A stretch of DNA of 64,000 nt, from positions 12,338,001 through 12,402,000 of the forward strand of contig NC_083287.1 in NCBI RefSeq assembly GCF_963506605.1, in the 5' to 3' direction. Position numbers and translations under genes: made by a program. Position 1 is the first letter of the stretch. Every line of letters begins with the position of its first letter. The notes under the pieces are model-generated. The model was not told where the DNA came from. It saw nothing but the letters and a program-made list of their open reading frames with translations, and did not search any database. Source of the DNA: Zootoca vivipara. Taxonomy: Eukaryota. Shown one piece after another: positions 36,891 to 51,810 of this stretch.

Positions 36891-39800
36891 ACTAAGTTAG
36901 TTGTGCTTAATTCCTGTTGAAAGAGATGGGGTTCAATTTACATCATGGTTAGCCTGTCCTATTGATTTCAATGGGGCCTGAGATCAACCGGCAGGGTGCT
37001 TATTCAATGTTTGCTCACATGTTGAGCACAATGATATTTACTTTGGGGTAAATGTGCATGGGATTTCACTGAGCCTCTGGAGCAACTCAAAGAGCCCCAG
37101 GAGAGTGCAATGCGTGATCCTTCTGAATGTCTGGCTCTGCTTTCAAATCAGCTACCTTTAAATGAGACCCCCCCCTTCTTCTTCTCTGTTAACACCAAGG
37201 AATCTTCAAAAGCTTTATTGATTTTAGGGAATAGATACTAATGTCTCCCTTTGCAAAGGACTGTTTCATCCATTAATCAATTAATTAATCAAAAATGACT
37301 TTATTTCTGTATTGATCTACTGCTACCACCCTTGTTACAGGCCTCCCTGAATTATTAGTACAGTATGCAATAATAAGAGCTGTGCAATTAAGAGTGGAGC
37401 AAACCTAATGACAAATTAGAAACTGGGGATTTCAGTGGTTTGAACCAATTGCAATTAACACTGCTGCTGCAGAGTGGATACGAAGGCATCCCCCCCCCAC
37501 CCATTAACTACACAAAATGTACCAAGCGTAAAGTGTGTGTGAAGAACTGAAATAAATAGGGGAGTCATGTCAGGCAGATGCTCCATTCATCCCCTTGCCT
37601 GAACTGAAGTGTCCAGATCAGATCGTTATATCGGGGCTGTGTGCCACAAGCAAAACAGTGAAGCGTGCTTATGCCCCAGGGGCATCAATGCAGCACAGCT
37701 GCATCCCACTGATGTCAACAGCAGTTGACACATGTATGATCATCACATTCAAGAGATCAAGCCCAACAGGTGGAAGTCTCATATAGTCTGAATTGCCTCT
37801 GCCACTTTTCCTTTCTTGTCTTTAAAGATTTTAATTGAGGTAATTTATGCTACACCCACAAATCTAAAAGTGAAGTTGATAGCTATTTTTCCACTGTAGC
37901 TTTCCTAAAACAGACAAATAAACTTCAAGCACATTTCCCTTTCTTTATTTTAAAATTTATTCACCTCTCTGACAAAGGCTGTGTAACAGCATTCGCTGTT
38001 TCAGCACGACAAACGGAAAACATTCTGCAGCATGTGAGAGAATAATTTCCCCCAGATGCTCCCAGATTTGCTTCGCTTGAAAAATTAAAACTCAGAAGCA
38101 GCATAAGATCCACATTTAGGTCTGAGGTGCAGTTACACTTTTCAGTAGGGACCCAAGTCCTTCTCCTTGGTTGAAAGCCACTGAGTGGTGGAACCAGTCC
38201 TAAATGTGCCTAGCTTTCTCTGAATTGTGCTCAAATGCAGTGGTCCAGGGGAGGGCACTAACGGCTGGTGGGCATTGTTGCTCCCTGGGCTTCCTGGCAG
38301 CATGCATCGCTGCTGGTCACTGAGAGGGGAAGGGGCAAGACAGTGGGAATTCAGCACATCATGGGAACAGCAGTAGGGGCATCAGATTGGCTCACTGTGT
38401 CAAGCTCCCCACAGCCTTACCCCTTGCTCTCCCCTGCACTTGGTAACCAGCAGTGTTGTATGACACTGGAAAGTCAGGTGAGCTGCCCTGACCTCGCTGC
38501 TCCTCTGGCAACTACTGGTGGAGGGGCAACTGGGGAGGAAGGCAGCTCCGGGCCCCTTTTTGGAGGAGGGGCAATAGCATTACCAATGGTCCCTCCTTGG
38601 TCTGGCATGAAGTTATAATGAGGCCTTTACGTTTTACTATTGTTTATGGCAGTTCAGTATACAAGAAGTCAGAGAATGAGCCCTGTGTCTTAGTATAGTG
38701 GCTGATCCTAATTAACAGGGTATTATGCTATGTGCTGTTGCGGTCTCTCTCTCTCTCCCCCTCCCCCCCTCTCTGTGTAATGAAACAACACTTGACTGCA
38801 TTTTGGACCCTCCTGCACATCAGACTCCACCCCTGAACCAAGCTCAAATGTATTCTTAAATATGTGCTAGTCATGGGTGGAAGGAGGGGGGTGAGGAAGT
38901 TTAGGGATCAGGGGTGTCTTTTGCAATTGCTTCCTTGCTAGGCTACGGAGAACATTTAACAGTGCAAAAATGCAGTGCTATCTCCCCCCCCCCCCCCGCT
39001 AACATGCCCCTGGTGTTACAGGCTATTTATTGTGCCTTTATTCAAAAAGTATCCCTGCTGGGAGCTGTCCATGCACATTTGCTCGCTGCCAATTTCTCTG
39101 CCAGAAGCACGTAGATGGACCTTACGACTATTTCCTCAAGGTAACCTTGGCCACAAGATATTTATCAGCAAGGGTAATAAAATGTAAAACAGAAAAGGGG
39201 AGGGAGAACAAACAGCCAGTTGTCTAACTCTCACAGTTTGTGTGTGTAAATTATCAGTTAATAACCAGGCTTGCCAAGCTAATCTAAACCAGTCTTCACC
39301 AACCTGGTGCCCTCCAGTATTGGACAACAACTTCCAGCAGTGAGGCTGTATAGTCCAAAATGTCTGGAGGGCACCAAGTGCATAATGGAAGTAGCATGGC
39401 ATTAGACACATTTTAAAAGTTTGGTCTGTTAAATATATATGCACACAAAATGGACCAATAGATATTATGCTGACAAAGGCCAAGGATCATTTGAAAGCAA
39501 AATATCTAGATTGGATGTACATGTGGCAAGCCTAGGCAATGGGCAGCATTCTGAGGCCACAGCCTCACCAAACATTCAAAGATCCTGGGAACTGTAGTTT
39601 GTTAAGGGTGTTGAGTGTTAGGAGACCCCTATTCCCCTCACAGAGCTTTAATTTCCAGAGTTCCTTGGGAAGAAGGCTCAATTGTTTCGGGAATTGTAGC
39701 TCTGAGGGGGTCTCCTAACACCTCTCAGCATTCTTAATGAACTACAGTTCCCATAATGCTTTTGGGCAAGCCGTGACAGTTAAAGTGGTATCATAGTGTT

Positions 39801-41034
39801 TTAAATGCATGGTGTGGATGCAGTCTGAGATGAGCCAGGGCATTTCTGCATCTGCACAGTCCTGACCTCACTGCCACCCATCCTCACCCCTGCCCCGTCC
39901 AGGTAAGCTGCAGTGATGGTGGGAGGGCAGCTCTGCGGTTCTACCCCACCATGCTGACCACTGCTGCTTTAAAACAAAATGCATTGATATGAGTGAATCT
40001 TGATTACAATCTCTCTCCCCACCTGCCCCCAGGATGGAAGCATACCCCATGGCAGGAAAATCTATCCAGCACATTTGTATTCCAGCCTGAGGCTGCATAC
40101 CCACATGGAGCTATTTTGCTTGATCTTCACAACAACCTTCTGTGGTAGGTTAGACTGAGAGGTGGCAAGTGATTCGCCAAAGGCCACCCAGTGATCAGGA
40201 TTTGAATCAAAGTCTGCCTACCCCAAGTCAAACAATCTTTCCTATGAGCTTGTTGATTCTTTCTAATTTGATTGTTTTTAGATCATAATGGGTGCAAGAC
40301 GTATTTCTTGTCTCATTAATTGCAAAACCACATGGATCAGGTTCCATCTGTCTCCGAGTGGAATCTCCCCTCTCTCCACTCCCCACCCCGGCGCTCCAAC
40401 ACCCCCCCCCTTATTTTCTCTGCTTTCAGAAACTCTTAGTGCATTAGCTTTTCCTTTCCCAGGGTTGCATCTCTGACAGCAAATTGTCAAGCAAACAAAA
40501 CCTTCTTGCCAGCGCTACAGCTCTTATCTCTTACAGTCAGTCTCACAGTCCAGACTGCAGCTGAAACAGACAGGAAAACTCTTGGCCAAAGCAAGCTAAA
40601 TACTCTCAATTGTTATTATAATAATTATGTCACATGAATTTTGCAGCCGACCACAGATGTCTTAGCCATGCAGATCAGCCAGGCAACTGGAGAAAAGATG
40701 TTGTGCAGACAAGTGCTCTTTCATTGCTGTTGCTGAAAGGCAAACTGGACCATGTGTATATTATGTGTGTATACTGTATTCTGTTTTGGACATGTGAGCG
40801 TGGGTAGCTTTTTAACTTGTTCTATCCGTAGAGTTTTGGTAGGTGAGCAGCAACCTATTAATAACACATTTTTAATTACCAATCAAAATGAAGCAAGCAG
40901 ACAAGCCTCAGCTACATAGATGAAACGGATGTGGGCTGTAACAAAATGTTGCAATGTGTAGGGCTCCTGATTCTAGCTACCATCCAGAGACACTGCCTTT
41001 CCATATACTGTACTCTATTCCATTCTCCACACCC

Positions 41035-41432
41035 TTCAGTTCTCATTGAAAGGCAAGCCTACCCAATTTGCATTTTCTGAAACAAGATGTGGACTGAAAC
41101 ACACCTATCCTCTGCAATTTGCATTTCTCCAGATTTTCCTATGAGGTTCTCTTGCCACACGATTTGTACAATATGCATATACAGTACTAGGGGAAGTATG
41201 CATTAAAAATGCATATACATACAAGTGGAAAAAAACATTTCAAAAATGCATTATGTTAGTTTGCAGAAAGGTGTGTATTAGGGGGGGAAATCGCATGTAT
41301 TAGGAAAAATCTGCATTAAAATGATGATGAGGATTTAAAAATAAATAAATCTCAAACTAATGTAGAGAAATGAATTGAAGACTGGAAAAATGAGACACTG
41401 AGAGAGAAATGAAATTGACAGATTCACCCATC
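41035..41432 (+). mobile_element. TIR-type dispersed repeat copy
   Basis: Ends aagactggaaaaatgagacactgagagagaaatgaaattgacagattcacccatc, as in the other copies. Boundaries approximate. Confidence 0.65.
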
Positions 41433-44129
41433 TGCACCTATGCCTCAATAGTCAGTCAGTATTCCACACCCACTGAACATGCTCTGGTCTACTTTGGTGG
41501 TGCAATTACCTCCTCCAGCAAACGTGTGGAATGTAGCCATTAATATTTCTCACCCTGTACACCCTCATTTTTAAATCACATTAGGTTACTGTGTGTCACA
41601 AGTTATAATAATAATAATAATAATGTGATTTTATCCTTTCTATATGCAACTGTTTTATTTATTGCTTCTTTTTTTAGTTAACTTATGTATTATAGTTTGA
41701 GCACTGCTTTAGGGAAAAGACAGGGTATACATCCCCTAAATAAACAGGTATGTTGGGCTCAAGCTATCAGAAACTTTCTTGGTAATAAACACTTTACAAA
41801 AGTGTTACGAAAGCAGGAGGCTAATGCTGATATTCAATCGCTGGCAGTTATGCCCCCAGCCCTGTCAGAAACTGTGCATCAATTTAAGCTCCCAAGTAGT
41901 CATCAAGGGCAGTCCCAGGTACAGGAGTAGCACTGACAGGCTGATTGCATGTATATTTATGGCTCGCTGCTCCCTCAGGTGCAGCACAGCAGCTCCCATT
42001 TAAGCTAATAGGGCCAGCACAAGAATAATGGCAGGTAAGTAGACAAATTAATAAAGGAGATTCAGCACTGCAGGCTCTTAGTGGGTGGCCAGCGCTTTCA
42101 TTTAAAAATAAATATAATATTATTTATAAAGCACACATCCCCCACAGCCTGCAGGGCAAGGCAGAATAATTCCATTATAAAAACATCAGAAACATTCGAA
42201 GTGTAGAATACCAAAGAAATGAGGAACAAAGGGAATCCAAGTCCAGGAGAAGGCCGAAGTGGATGCCAGTAAGACAGAAAGGAAGCCTCTTACAAAGAAC
42301 ATTCAGGTTATTTTATTAAAAATCAGCATGCATGATTTCTATTTTTAAAAAAAATAAAATAAAATAGCCTGCATTCATGATAGGCTATTTTGTTGGAAAT
42401 TCAAGTTTTCATCATGCTGAAAAGGAAGAAATAACCCACGTAGGTGAACTGTGGTCCTGGAATGATGGGATGCTGAAGTCTTGATTAGGACTGGGCCTCT
42501 GAAGCACATTAAGCCTCTCAAGAGGTCAGCTTTTGAGGTTAATTGCAAAATGCTACATATTCCACAAGGATGCAGTTGTTTGGCACTGGTAAACATGCGC
42601 CAAATGTTCAGTCCCTTCTCAACAATGCACTAAAGGGATGCAGTACACTGTTCCCACTCACGTCAATTTTAGGAATCACAGGGACTTCATTTAGGCTTTA
42701 TACTCGTCAAGTAGCTTATGGACCTAGGCGAACCAGGGTTGTGTTTTTGCATGAAACACAATTGGCTGCAATTGATACTTTGGATTACAGTAAGCAATAT
42801 TCTCAAATACCAGATGCTATCATAAGAACCAGCTATCAATTTAAATGAGCTGAACTTTAAAAGGAGTGTTATAACGCATACTGAACCAGGGATCATTTTT
42901 GATCATGTTCTCATGCGGAAGGCAAGCTGGCCTAACATTATGTCTTCTTACACAATGAGCCGGAAACCAGTTATACGCTCAGCTGACTATGGACGATTAT
43001 AGGGGCTGTTTACTGAGTGGTGACTAACCATAGTGCCAAGGCCGGCCCAATACATTTTGCCGCTTGTGTTGAAGGGCAACGCCCTCCCCATTGCACAAAA
43101 GAAGTCAAAACTATTTTCAATATGGGTGATCTGCAGCATCCTTAAGGCAGCAAGCTGTCCTCACAACACCTCACTGCCACCCACTCCACTGGCCATCTGC
43201 CACTTGCTTAATGGTAGGGCCGGCCCTGCATAATTTTGTGCTAATTGATCTATCAATCAATCAATCAAATAAATAAAGTTGGCTGGCAAGAAACTGATGT
43301 AAATGGGAATGCATGAGAATGTGTGTCTGGATGTGGCCATCTGACTCTCCAGCAATTTGCATAACAGTACGTTTTTGCATCACACACAGTCATCAATGAT
43401 TGCACATTCAGTGTATTTTTCTATATATCAAATCTATAAAGTCAACATCTGATCTGGATGTATGATTTAGCATCTAGGCAAATAATGGCTAATGTAGTAT
43501 ACTGAGGACAAGCGAGTTGGCCCATGCTTATCTTTAAGGCAGAAAATGATACCTTAGCAGTCCCGTCCCCCCTGCTTCTTTAACTGCTTCACTCCCTGCT
43601 AAAAGCCAGGTCAAAAATGGCCCTTTAATATGTAAAATCCAAGCCTGAGTGTAAAATGTAGCGCCATCCACTGACTGTAATATAATGTGTCATAAGAAGT
43701 AAGTAGCCTTCTGGTTTGAAGGAAGGCTGATAGGCAGTACAAGGCTATTTTACACATGTCAGAGGTAATAAATCTATAGGTTGCCTGCAGGCCTTAGATC
43801 CTTATAGAAACACATTACGTGATGTTAAATGTCTCTGTTTTTAATGCTAATGACTCTTTTCAAGAAGGTCTTTGCTATCAAGCTGGAAGAATTCCTGTTT
43901 ATGCTGGTTTGTGTTCTAGCTTTATTATGCACAGAATGATTGCGTTAATCAGTTTTCAATTAGGAACAGCTAAGGGGAATAGATCGCCATACCAGCTTTG
44001 CTTATGACTCTTCAATTTAAAAAGATCATTCTCAGGAGGAGGAGGAGAAGAGGGTCTTTAATTGACTCCCCTAGCTCCTGAATAAAATGCATGTCATTTC
44101 TTAGGATATGTGCAAGTCTGAATTCATCA

Positions 44130-44323
44130 GGCTGCAGCTCAGTGGTAGAATGTCTGGCTTGAATGCAGAATTGCCCAGAATTCAATCCCTGGCATCTCTA
44201 GGTAGGGCTGGGATGGATTCCTGCCTGAAATATTGGGAGAGCTCCCACCAGTCAGTGTAGACAATCCTGAGCTACATGGACCAATGGTCTGACTGGGTAT
44301 ATGGCTGCTTCCTATGGTTCCTA
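44130..44323 (+). mobile_element. tRNA-derived SINE with CR1-like tail (Squam2-like)
   Basis: agctcagtggtaga A box; ttcaatccctggcatctc B box region; tail gctgcttcctatg..ttccta. Minus-strand relatives at about 33370-33530, 53102-53290 and 53981-54169. Confidence 0.75.
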
Positions 44324-45331
44324 ATGATATTGTTATGTCCTGATCTCATAAGCCACCATGCTGTGTTAAGACTGGACAATATGGCTGTTGTGCCTGGGAA
44401 GTGCCATGAACTCTGTGATATTGCCCTGAATAGGTAAGCCAACTCAATGCATCACAGGGGCACAACAGGATACTTAGTTTGTGCTATTAATGCCCATCAG
44501 TGGGCTGGTTTAGGCTAGTTCACTACAGTCACTTAGTGGGGAGCTAGAAGGAGGGAGCTCTCTTTGGAAGCTTAACATTCCTGGAATCTTAGCACTTTGT
44601 GTAAGGTAAACTGAATTTACATGTATGTCTGGTTAACCAGGAAGCGAGTAGGAACTGAGTTCACGTACATCTTGCATTATTTGCTATATTTGTATTCTGA
44701 TTGCAGGGCTCTGTCCTTTGAGTTTTGGATAATAAATTCACCAGTTGTCCTCTTTCCTTGGGACTAGAGATGCTTGCAAAGCAGCTCTGAAGCATCCAGC
44801 ACTTGGAACTTTTGGACTGGCTGACTACAAAACTGCAAGCCATATTGTCTGTTCCCCCCCTCTACAGACTCAGAAGGATTATTGCATTGTTTGTGTGTTA
44901 AACAAATGACCTATGTGCTTAGCTTTTTGTGGGCATTGACTTGAATAATTATGGTTCCAATGAAAGAATTCTTTTCACCTTAAATACTGGCAAGTTTTAT
45001 TCCACCCAAGCCTCATAGGACCCACAGAGGAAGGGATCACACTGTTGCATGGCAACACTTGCCTACCATCTCCCATATCGACCCCATTGTTTACTGCAAT
45101 TGTCTTCCGAGACTATTATTCTCCTTATCTTAACGGGAAGATACCATGGGTTATTACTGTGGTGTTCAAAGTGCAGGGTATAAATGCAAGAAATTAACTT
45201 AAGCACAAAAACCCTTGTAGCAAGGTGCAGCAAATTGGGGACTGCAGTGACTCCATTTTGCAAGACTCTATTAAGCCAGCACAGAACTAGGCTGGTGTGT
45301 GGCAGAGGACAGCTTTGTTATGCAGCACAGC

Positions 45332-46021
45332 TAGGGATGGGGAAGACATTTGATTCATTTCGCATTTAAAGGAGAATCTACCTACAGTACTCTGTACTTT
45401 CTAAAACAATATGCAACGCAGAACACAGGCAACCTTCTAAATTAGCACTTCTCCAGATTTTGCAATGACATTTTCCAATGTGGTGTAGTGGTTATAGTGA
45501 CGGACTAGGACCTGAGAGACCACAGTTCAAATTCCCACCAGTCATGAAGCTGACCTTGGGCCAGTCACCCTACAACATAGGGTTGTTGTAGGATTAAATG
45601 AGGAGGGGAAGAACCAAGTATGCCACCTTGAGCTCCTCGGAGAAAAAGGTGGGATATAAATGCAATAAATTAATAGTAAGTGGTTTGCAAAAACAAAACA
45701 AAAACAACCCAACAACCCCAAAAGCCACACACTTGACTAAGGTAATGTGGGTATAGAAATGCATACTTAGTGAAAACTGCATTAAAATGTATCATATTGG
45801 GAAAAACACACTTTGCAAAAATGTGGATATTAGGCAAATTGTAAATAGTAACATTAGGAGAATTCCACACTAAAACTCTTATGAATTTTCATGAGGACTT
45901 AAAACAGACACAGACACAGACACACACACACACACACACACACCAAACTGATACGGAAATGTGGAGAACTTAAGGATGGGAAACTCAGAGAAACAGAAAT
46001 TGACTGATTCTCCCATCCTTA
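45332..46021 (+). mobile_element. TIR-type dispersed repeat containing a nested SINE (about 45480-45672) and a (CA)n run
   Basis: Termini tagggatgggga / tcccatcctta; the nested element begins gtggtgtagtggttatagtg...gttcaaattccc and ends gggatataaatgcaataaat. Confidence 0.75.
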
Positions 46022-47667
46022 ACTCCTTCCAACCACAGAACTACCATTGCTGATGCAATGATATCAAACCAATAAATGGTGGCAAGCGATGTCTCAGCAC
46101 CTTCTGAATTGAATTTCTCCCATATCCCTAACTTGTGATGGTAAAATTTATTTGATACCTGCACATTCTTGACTCACCAATTACCTGCTGCATTTGTCAC
46201 AACAAATCTCCTCCTACCAAGAATGGGAGCTGAGGGCTCCACTATAAACTGGTGTAGCAATGAATTGTTCCCTCTGCAGGTCAGTCCCAAGATGCTAGCC
46301 TGCCACACAACCATCTCCTCTTGTTTTGGTTTCTGCTGATGCGTTTCTGTCCCATTGCTGAATCATGTCTGTGCAGTGAATAACAAACGCAGCTCCTTTT
46401 CTATTAAAGCCTTCCCAGGCATTAACCCTCAGACTCTGTTATCTTTATCAGATCTTTAGCATATGGCCTGGTGGGCTTTGTGGGTGGGTAGCTATTTGTA
46501 TGTGTACTTTTGCATTAGTTTCCAAGAAACGAATGCTATATTTTGCCTTCCCACTTAGCCATTTTGAAAATCTGCACCTTCTCCCAAAGCCCACAAATTA
46601 TGCATTGCCAAAAAATAAGGTTTGCATAGAAATCACCTATGTTAATTTTTGTGTGTAGAGGCAAGTTTTAAAATAATTACTATCATTTACACAGGACTTC
46701 AAACACAATACATCTTATAACTGTGGGGGGAAACGTGCTTGTCTGCTTTCTGCATGCTGGGCAACTTCTAGGCCCTTGCTGTTTCTGAATTTACATCAAT
46801 ATTTTAAGGATTCAATATTCACTAATATTGCTGGTTGTTTTCCTAATTGTACAGCATAAATGTACATATGCTATGATTTAAATTGCAGAAACAATAATAA
46901 ATGTTTGATTAGAAATCATTTCTATTTCTATTCCAATTTAAAAAATTCACATCAAGAACTCTTAACATCTAAACCTGGATGACCTTTAGGGGGAAATTAC
47001 TTGCTGTGTTTAACTCAGAACCCATCCACTCCCTCCCAGTCTTCCACTAAATACAAATTCCTCTGTGGCCATGTTGGAGCCTTTTCTGAGACCAGCGCAC
47101 ATTGCAGATTGGTCATGCCTTTCAAGAGTGTTTTAGGCTCGCCTTTTTTTTTTGCACCACTTTTGCACTCAGAGGAAAAAAGACAAGAAGAATGGGTGCT
47201 ATGATGCTGAACTTTGAAAAACAACCTGACCTTTACAGCTGAGTTGGTGCTCTTTCCTTTGCTTGGTTCACCCCTGCACACCTGAGTGGAGCTAAGAAGC
47301 AAAACAATTCTGGAATTCAGAAGACCAAGGAGTGGGCCTTCTAAAGCTAATGGGAGTGGAATGAAACGGTAAGAGAACCACATCTTATTTCATCTCTAAT
47401 AAGTAAGAGTTAATGGAAAGGTTTACACTACTGGGACAGAGCAATCCTATGCCCAAATTACACTAGGGCAGGAGACACGCCACTGTAATGCTGGTAGCAG
47501 GACTGCTGTATCCAGTACATGCTCACCCTGGGGAGGAAGGGAAGGAGAAAATATCAGAAGGGGTGGAAAAATGCAGACTCCCTCCCTCAGTGTCCTTGGA
47601 AACTAGGCCACATACAATGCCGTGGATCTAGTCTCGTGGCACTGGCATCACCATCACTTACTGCAAT

Positions 47668-47677
47668 TAATAAATAA

Positions 47678-47719
<42 letters not shown>

Positions 47720-47878
47720 TTATTATTTATACCCTGCCCATCTGGCTGGGTTTCCCTAGTCACTCTGGGCAGCTTCCAACAAAAGATTAAAATTACATTA
47801 AAACACCAGTCATTAAAAACTTCCCTAAACAGGGCTGCCTTCAGATGTCTTCTAAATGTCAGATAGTTGTTTATTTCT
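47668..47878 (-). mobile_element. L2 LINE 3' end with (ATT)n tail
   Basis: Matches the 3' UTR and last codons (HLKAALFRE) of the L2 at 22896. Confidence 0.88.
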
Positions 47879-50800
47879 TACTATTCAAAAAGAAAAAAGA
47901 AACAAAACTATACAACTATGCAAAACATACAACTATACAATTAAAAGATACAAAACAACTATACAACAAGGTTGGGGCAGTGCAGGAGCACTGGTGAAAA
48001 CACCAGATGTGCCTACCCTGCTTTCTCCTCACACCGTTCAAGAATGGAGCAGCAATGCTGCTTGCCAGGAGGTCAGGTCTATGGTGCCAGCCTTTTCCAT
48101 GCTGCCTCCTCCTGCACATACCACCACTCAAAGACTATGCTGGTACTGTTGCCTATATGACATCCATATCCAGATGCAGCCAATGAAATGATGATGATGG
48201 GCCATGGCCTCAGGACACAAACAGACCACACAATACATACATACCCCCTTCCCTTTCTCTCACACACAGAGCACACCAACATCTCTTCTGCTCTCGCACA
48301 TTCCAGGGTAAAACACCGGAAGAATGGAGCAGGCCAATTTCCCCCAAAGAATGAGAAGAATTGTGTCTGCCTCATATGTCAGGTTCCAAAAGTTGCTAGA
48401 AATAGTTTTTTAATAGAAGCTGGGGATCTGGGGATTGTGGTTTACCCCAGGGGCACCAAAGAAAGCCTTTGCACTGCCATGGTACCCAAGATGATGACAC
48501 CTTTAAGGCAAGAGAAATGGCTGCATGAGGCTCTCAGGCATATATGTGGACTTTGATTTAATGCCTAATGAAGACATATTTGCCTCCTTCAGATATTTTT
48601 TTTAAAAAGATTTTTGGTTTTTTTTTTTTAAATACCAAAGTTGTTTTGAATTTGCAAATTCCTCTGCTACTCAACTCCAGTGGGGTACTTAGGGAGTGTG
48701 CCTCTAGTAGGATGTCTAAAGAGCAGCAAATTGATCTTCCCCATGCCCACCTCTGGTGCTGAAAGTCTCTTACGGATCAATGTGATGCAACACTTGCAGG
48801 AGTGACAACAGATAAAATGCATTTGGGACACACTTTGGATAATTTTTATGGGAAACCCTATCTTTCCCCAGGCCCTTAAGGGGAAAGCAGACTCAGTGCA
48901 GTGGGTTAGTTAACAGCATTACTCCAAACTCATCTAATTAAAGGTCTGCCTAGAACTCTAACACGGAAGAGAAAATGCATACAGTATAGGTAAATGACAA
49001 TGATATATTGGAGAGCTGCAGAACACGACAATGTTTTCAGAGGGCAGACTATAGTTTGGGGAGAGTAGTTGCCAATCCCAATCAGCTATTCAGACTTTTC
49101 CCCGATCTATCCCAGGTGTTCAGAGCAGGTTACAATATATCTCATTTTATCCTCACAGCAACTGTGCGAGGAAGATTTGACAAACAAGCAAAGAGATGTT
49201 GGCTCCCCAGAGCCACCCATTTACCTGGATGGGTAAACAAGGATTTGTACTTCAGACTCCTATGTTCATACCAAGAGCTCTGAGAGATAGAAGGGGGGTG
49301 GGGGAGAGACACCTTGGCAGTTCTTTGCATAGATGTGCAAATAAAGATATCTTGCAGAAGGGATGCAACTGTGTGAAAATAAGGTTCCTTTTGAATATTG
49401 AAGAAAGTATACAGAGCAAAAAAAATAACACACACCAAAAGAAAATAACACACACCAGTTGCCGGGGGAGGGTGTCGGGGGCTAGAGTACATTGCCAGTA
49501 CAAGACCTGGTTACTAAGTAACTCTCCATAAATTACCCTATCCAAACTCGGGGGACATATGGCTGAAACTGGAGGGCAGATTTTGCATAGCACTAAATAG
49601 CTCAGCTTCTCCCTGATCTTTGTTTTACTACAACATATAGAACAGAGATATCTGAGCCAGCCCTGTCTGGCAACTTCTGTGCTCTTTCCCTTTTTTTCAT
49701 GCTTTATGTTTCCACACACATTTGTGCATGCAGAGTAACTGAATGATTCATAACATAACAAGAGTCATAACATATCTGTAGCTTGGCTAACACTTGGAAG
49801 AGTTAGCAAGTTATGACTAAGCAATATGGCTGGTCAACAAAGACCAGAAATAAAAGTGTTGCGTGTTTTTGATAGTATGTTTCTCTGTCTCACTTCCAGT
49901 TCAGAAGCAAAGCCTATAGTTGTATCATGTCTAAGATGGGTTTTATTTAATTTCCTCCCACCCCCAACACTCCTTTTTTAAAATACAGATTCATAATACA
50001 TTAAGTACTTGGAAACTAATTCAAACTTGATTTTGCTTTTAACTTAACTTGGCATTTTTCATCTTTACTGAAGCCAATGTTCTTTCTGCTAGCTGAGGTT
50101 TAAAATTAGCATACTGCTACTGAAGGCATTTAAAATGTTGATTCCTTATTCTTGGAGAAATTTAACTTCTGTTTATACAACTTGCTCCCCATGTACATTA
50201 TGTTTCCAATCTGCCATTTGTTAAACCATCTGGACTGGCATTTGGGCCCATTTTGGTAGCATCCCCTTCTTTAGGAAATGTATGAGGTGCATATGCACAG
50301 TGCTGAAATTGACTGGAGTTTTCTGTCACGGCTTGGTTTAGTAATTGCACAGTATTTAAAGCGGATGTTCTTGAACCACCATGACTATCACACTCTTGGG
50401 TGACTTTGATCAGCCATGAGAATCACTGGTAACCAGGGTTCATGCTGGTGCTTAGCAAAGAGTTCCTGCACCACTTGATCACATATTTATAACCAGACAC
50501 ATGGAAATACCTGGCCAAGGCGAGAACCTGTAACTGGTATGAAAATGGTACATCATTTAACATAAGGCCAATCAGGACTGGCTCAAGAAACTTTGCTGAT
50601 TGAGGTGGAATAGCAAAGGGTGCTTCTGCTTCCCAGATTAAGGTACATAATACCCAAGGCCTAAGTCCTTTTGGCCCCTGAGCCAGAACATCTCACAAGC
50701 ACCCCTTCCATGGATTAAAAATGCAATAATGAATAGAAATAAATTTGTTGCCCTTTCTTGTCAACCTAAATAAACGTCTGGGGCAGCTTTCTCACTCTGC

Positions 50801-51810
50801 CCAATAGTAGGGCCTGCCCTGTTTCCGACCACAGCACAACCTTCTCTCCTCGTACCCTAACAAGCAAATGACCAAACAAATAACAAACAATGACCAAATT
50901 ATAGGAAGGAATATGGAAATTTGGCTGTATGTCAATGCCCAAATTATAGACCTTGGACATTTTCTGGGGCCTTCCACTTCCTGCCTTTAAGTAATGCAGT
51001 TTCTAAATGGAAAGATGAAAGTTGATGGACCTTTTAATTTGTCTACATCTTTAATTAGGGTATGTACTAGTGAAGCAGCTAGTACAATTAATTCCACTAA
51101 ATGAAAGTCAGGACACTGGTGGGAAGTGCTGGATTTCATGGATGTTTTCATTCCCAGTTGTTCTGATCTCCTTTAATATTCTCTTGAAGTAATTCTCACT
51201 CGTATGCATATTCACACCATTACTTTTAATCTTGGGCCATTCATTTGCCTTGACATAAAAAGTAATTTGAAAACCCCCTTAACAAAGAGTGTGTTCTTTC
51301 CATTTATCTCATAATTCGCTGAGGATAAAGGCAACTTTATAACAGATCAAATTGTGAAGAACCTTCTGCTGGATATATTATAAATAGATCATAGCAAAGA
51401 GGTTAATCTTTTATCAGCTCAAAAACTGACAGACTAGTGCTTTGCTGTTTTCCTTCAAGCTGGCTTAACAAATTTCCTTAATTCAAACCTAGAGGAGCTG
51501 TTAAAAATGGTTCAAACAGATCTCTTATGCTACCTACAAATGAATATTTCCTTGGAGTAATTCTTTCTAAATCTTTCTGTAAATAAAGAAAACTGACTGA
51601 CCCCACCAGAAAGCTAATTTACATATTATGCAGAACAGAGCAGACCGAGGACCAAACTAGATATATCAGAGACCTATGAATGTTTCTATAATGTGTTTGT
51701 TGTCAAAAGCAGCTATTGGGGGGGGGGGAGTTGGGTCATGAGCACAAGGTACTGTATGTGTGGGGAGGAGCCCCTGCAGCCCCTTTTCATGCTGCCCCCT
51801 GGACATGCTG

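Noticed and set aside
44130-44210. tRNA-like sequences here and near 29.9, 45.5, 53.2 and 54.1 kb
   Set aside because: Degenerate SINE heads continuing into SINE bodies; no intact cloverleaf.
49008-49761. Cluster of overlapping ORFs up to 169 aa
   Set aside because: No homology recognised; the repeated VCVIFF peptide comes from a tandem duplication of about 20 bp (aaaataacacacacca).
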